Below, one piece after another: positions 63,901 to 64,000 of a stretch of DNA of 64,000 nt (the stretch's first letter is position 1; each line of letters begins with the position of its first letter). A model generated the notes under the pieces. It did no database searches, was not told the DNA's origin, and saw nothing but the letters and a program-made list of their open reading frames with translations. The translations under genes were made by a program, and so were the position numbers. Origin of the DNA: Eutreptiella sp. 'Long Island Sound 2002' (lineage: Eukaryota; Protista; Euglenida); NCBI GenBank assembly GCA_964036045.1, contig OZ038378.1, forward strand, positions 140,988,001-141,052,000, given 5' to 3'.

Positions 63901-64000
63901 CCCGGTGCTCAATGGACGTCGACGCGGCCTTCACAAAAGCGCTGGGGATGTGGGTCGCATTGGGGGGACCAGGGGTGGCAACGCGGTGGCATGCCATTCC

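Overview
This is repeat-dense eukaryotic DNA; the taxon cannot be fixed from the sequence alone. (1) Only one host gene is supported: a minus-strand, GT-AG-spliced beta-lactamase-family serine hydrolase that the ORF track splits into fragments. I assembled four phase-compatible exons (59077-58918, 58370-58240, 55206-55099, 53432-53279) giving about 184 aa with SxxK and YxN-type motifs; its C-terminal half was not found in the window. (2) A 14.2-kb young tandem array (5965-20136, period 2176-2177 bp) has the layout X-(A-B)x6-A-Y. (3) More than 15 kb of a degenerate hairpin satellite lies between about 21.9 and 60.8 kb. It has a GGCTACATAA-CCCCTGCCTTCTCGGGG core, alternating 53/52-bp units, higher-order repeats and several subfamilies. 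(4) Transposon debris includes two APE-type LINE remnants, a hAT transposase remnant, two elements with GGGAACGTT termini and a tRNA-derived pseudogene or SINE head. Most ORFs in the supplied track are spurious frames of repeats. All alignments and translations were done by eye, so boundaries not marked exact are approximate.
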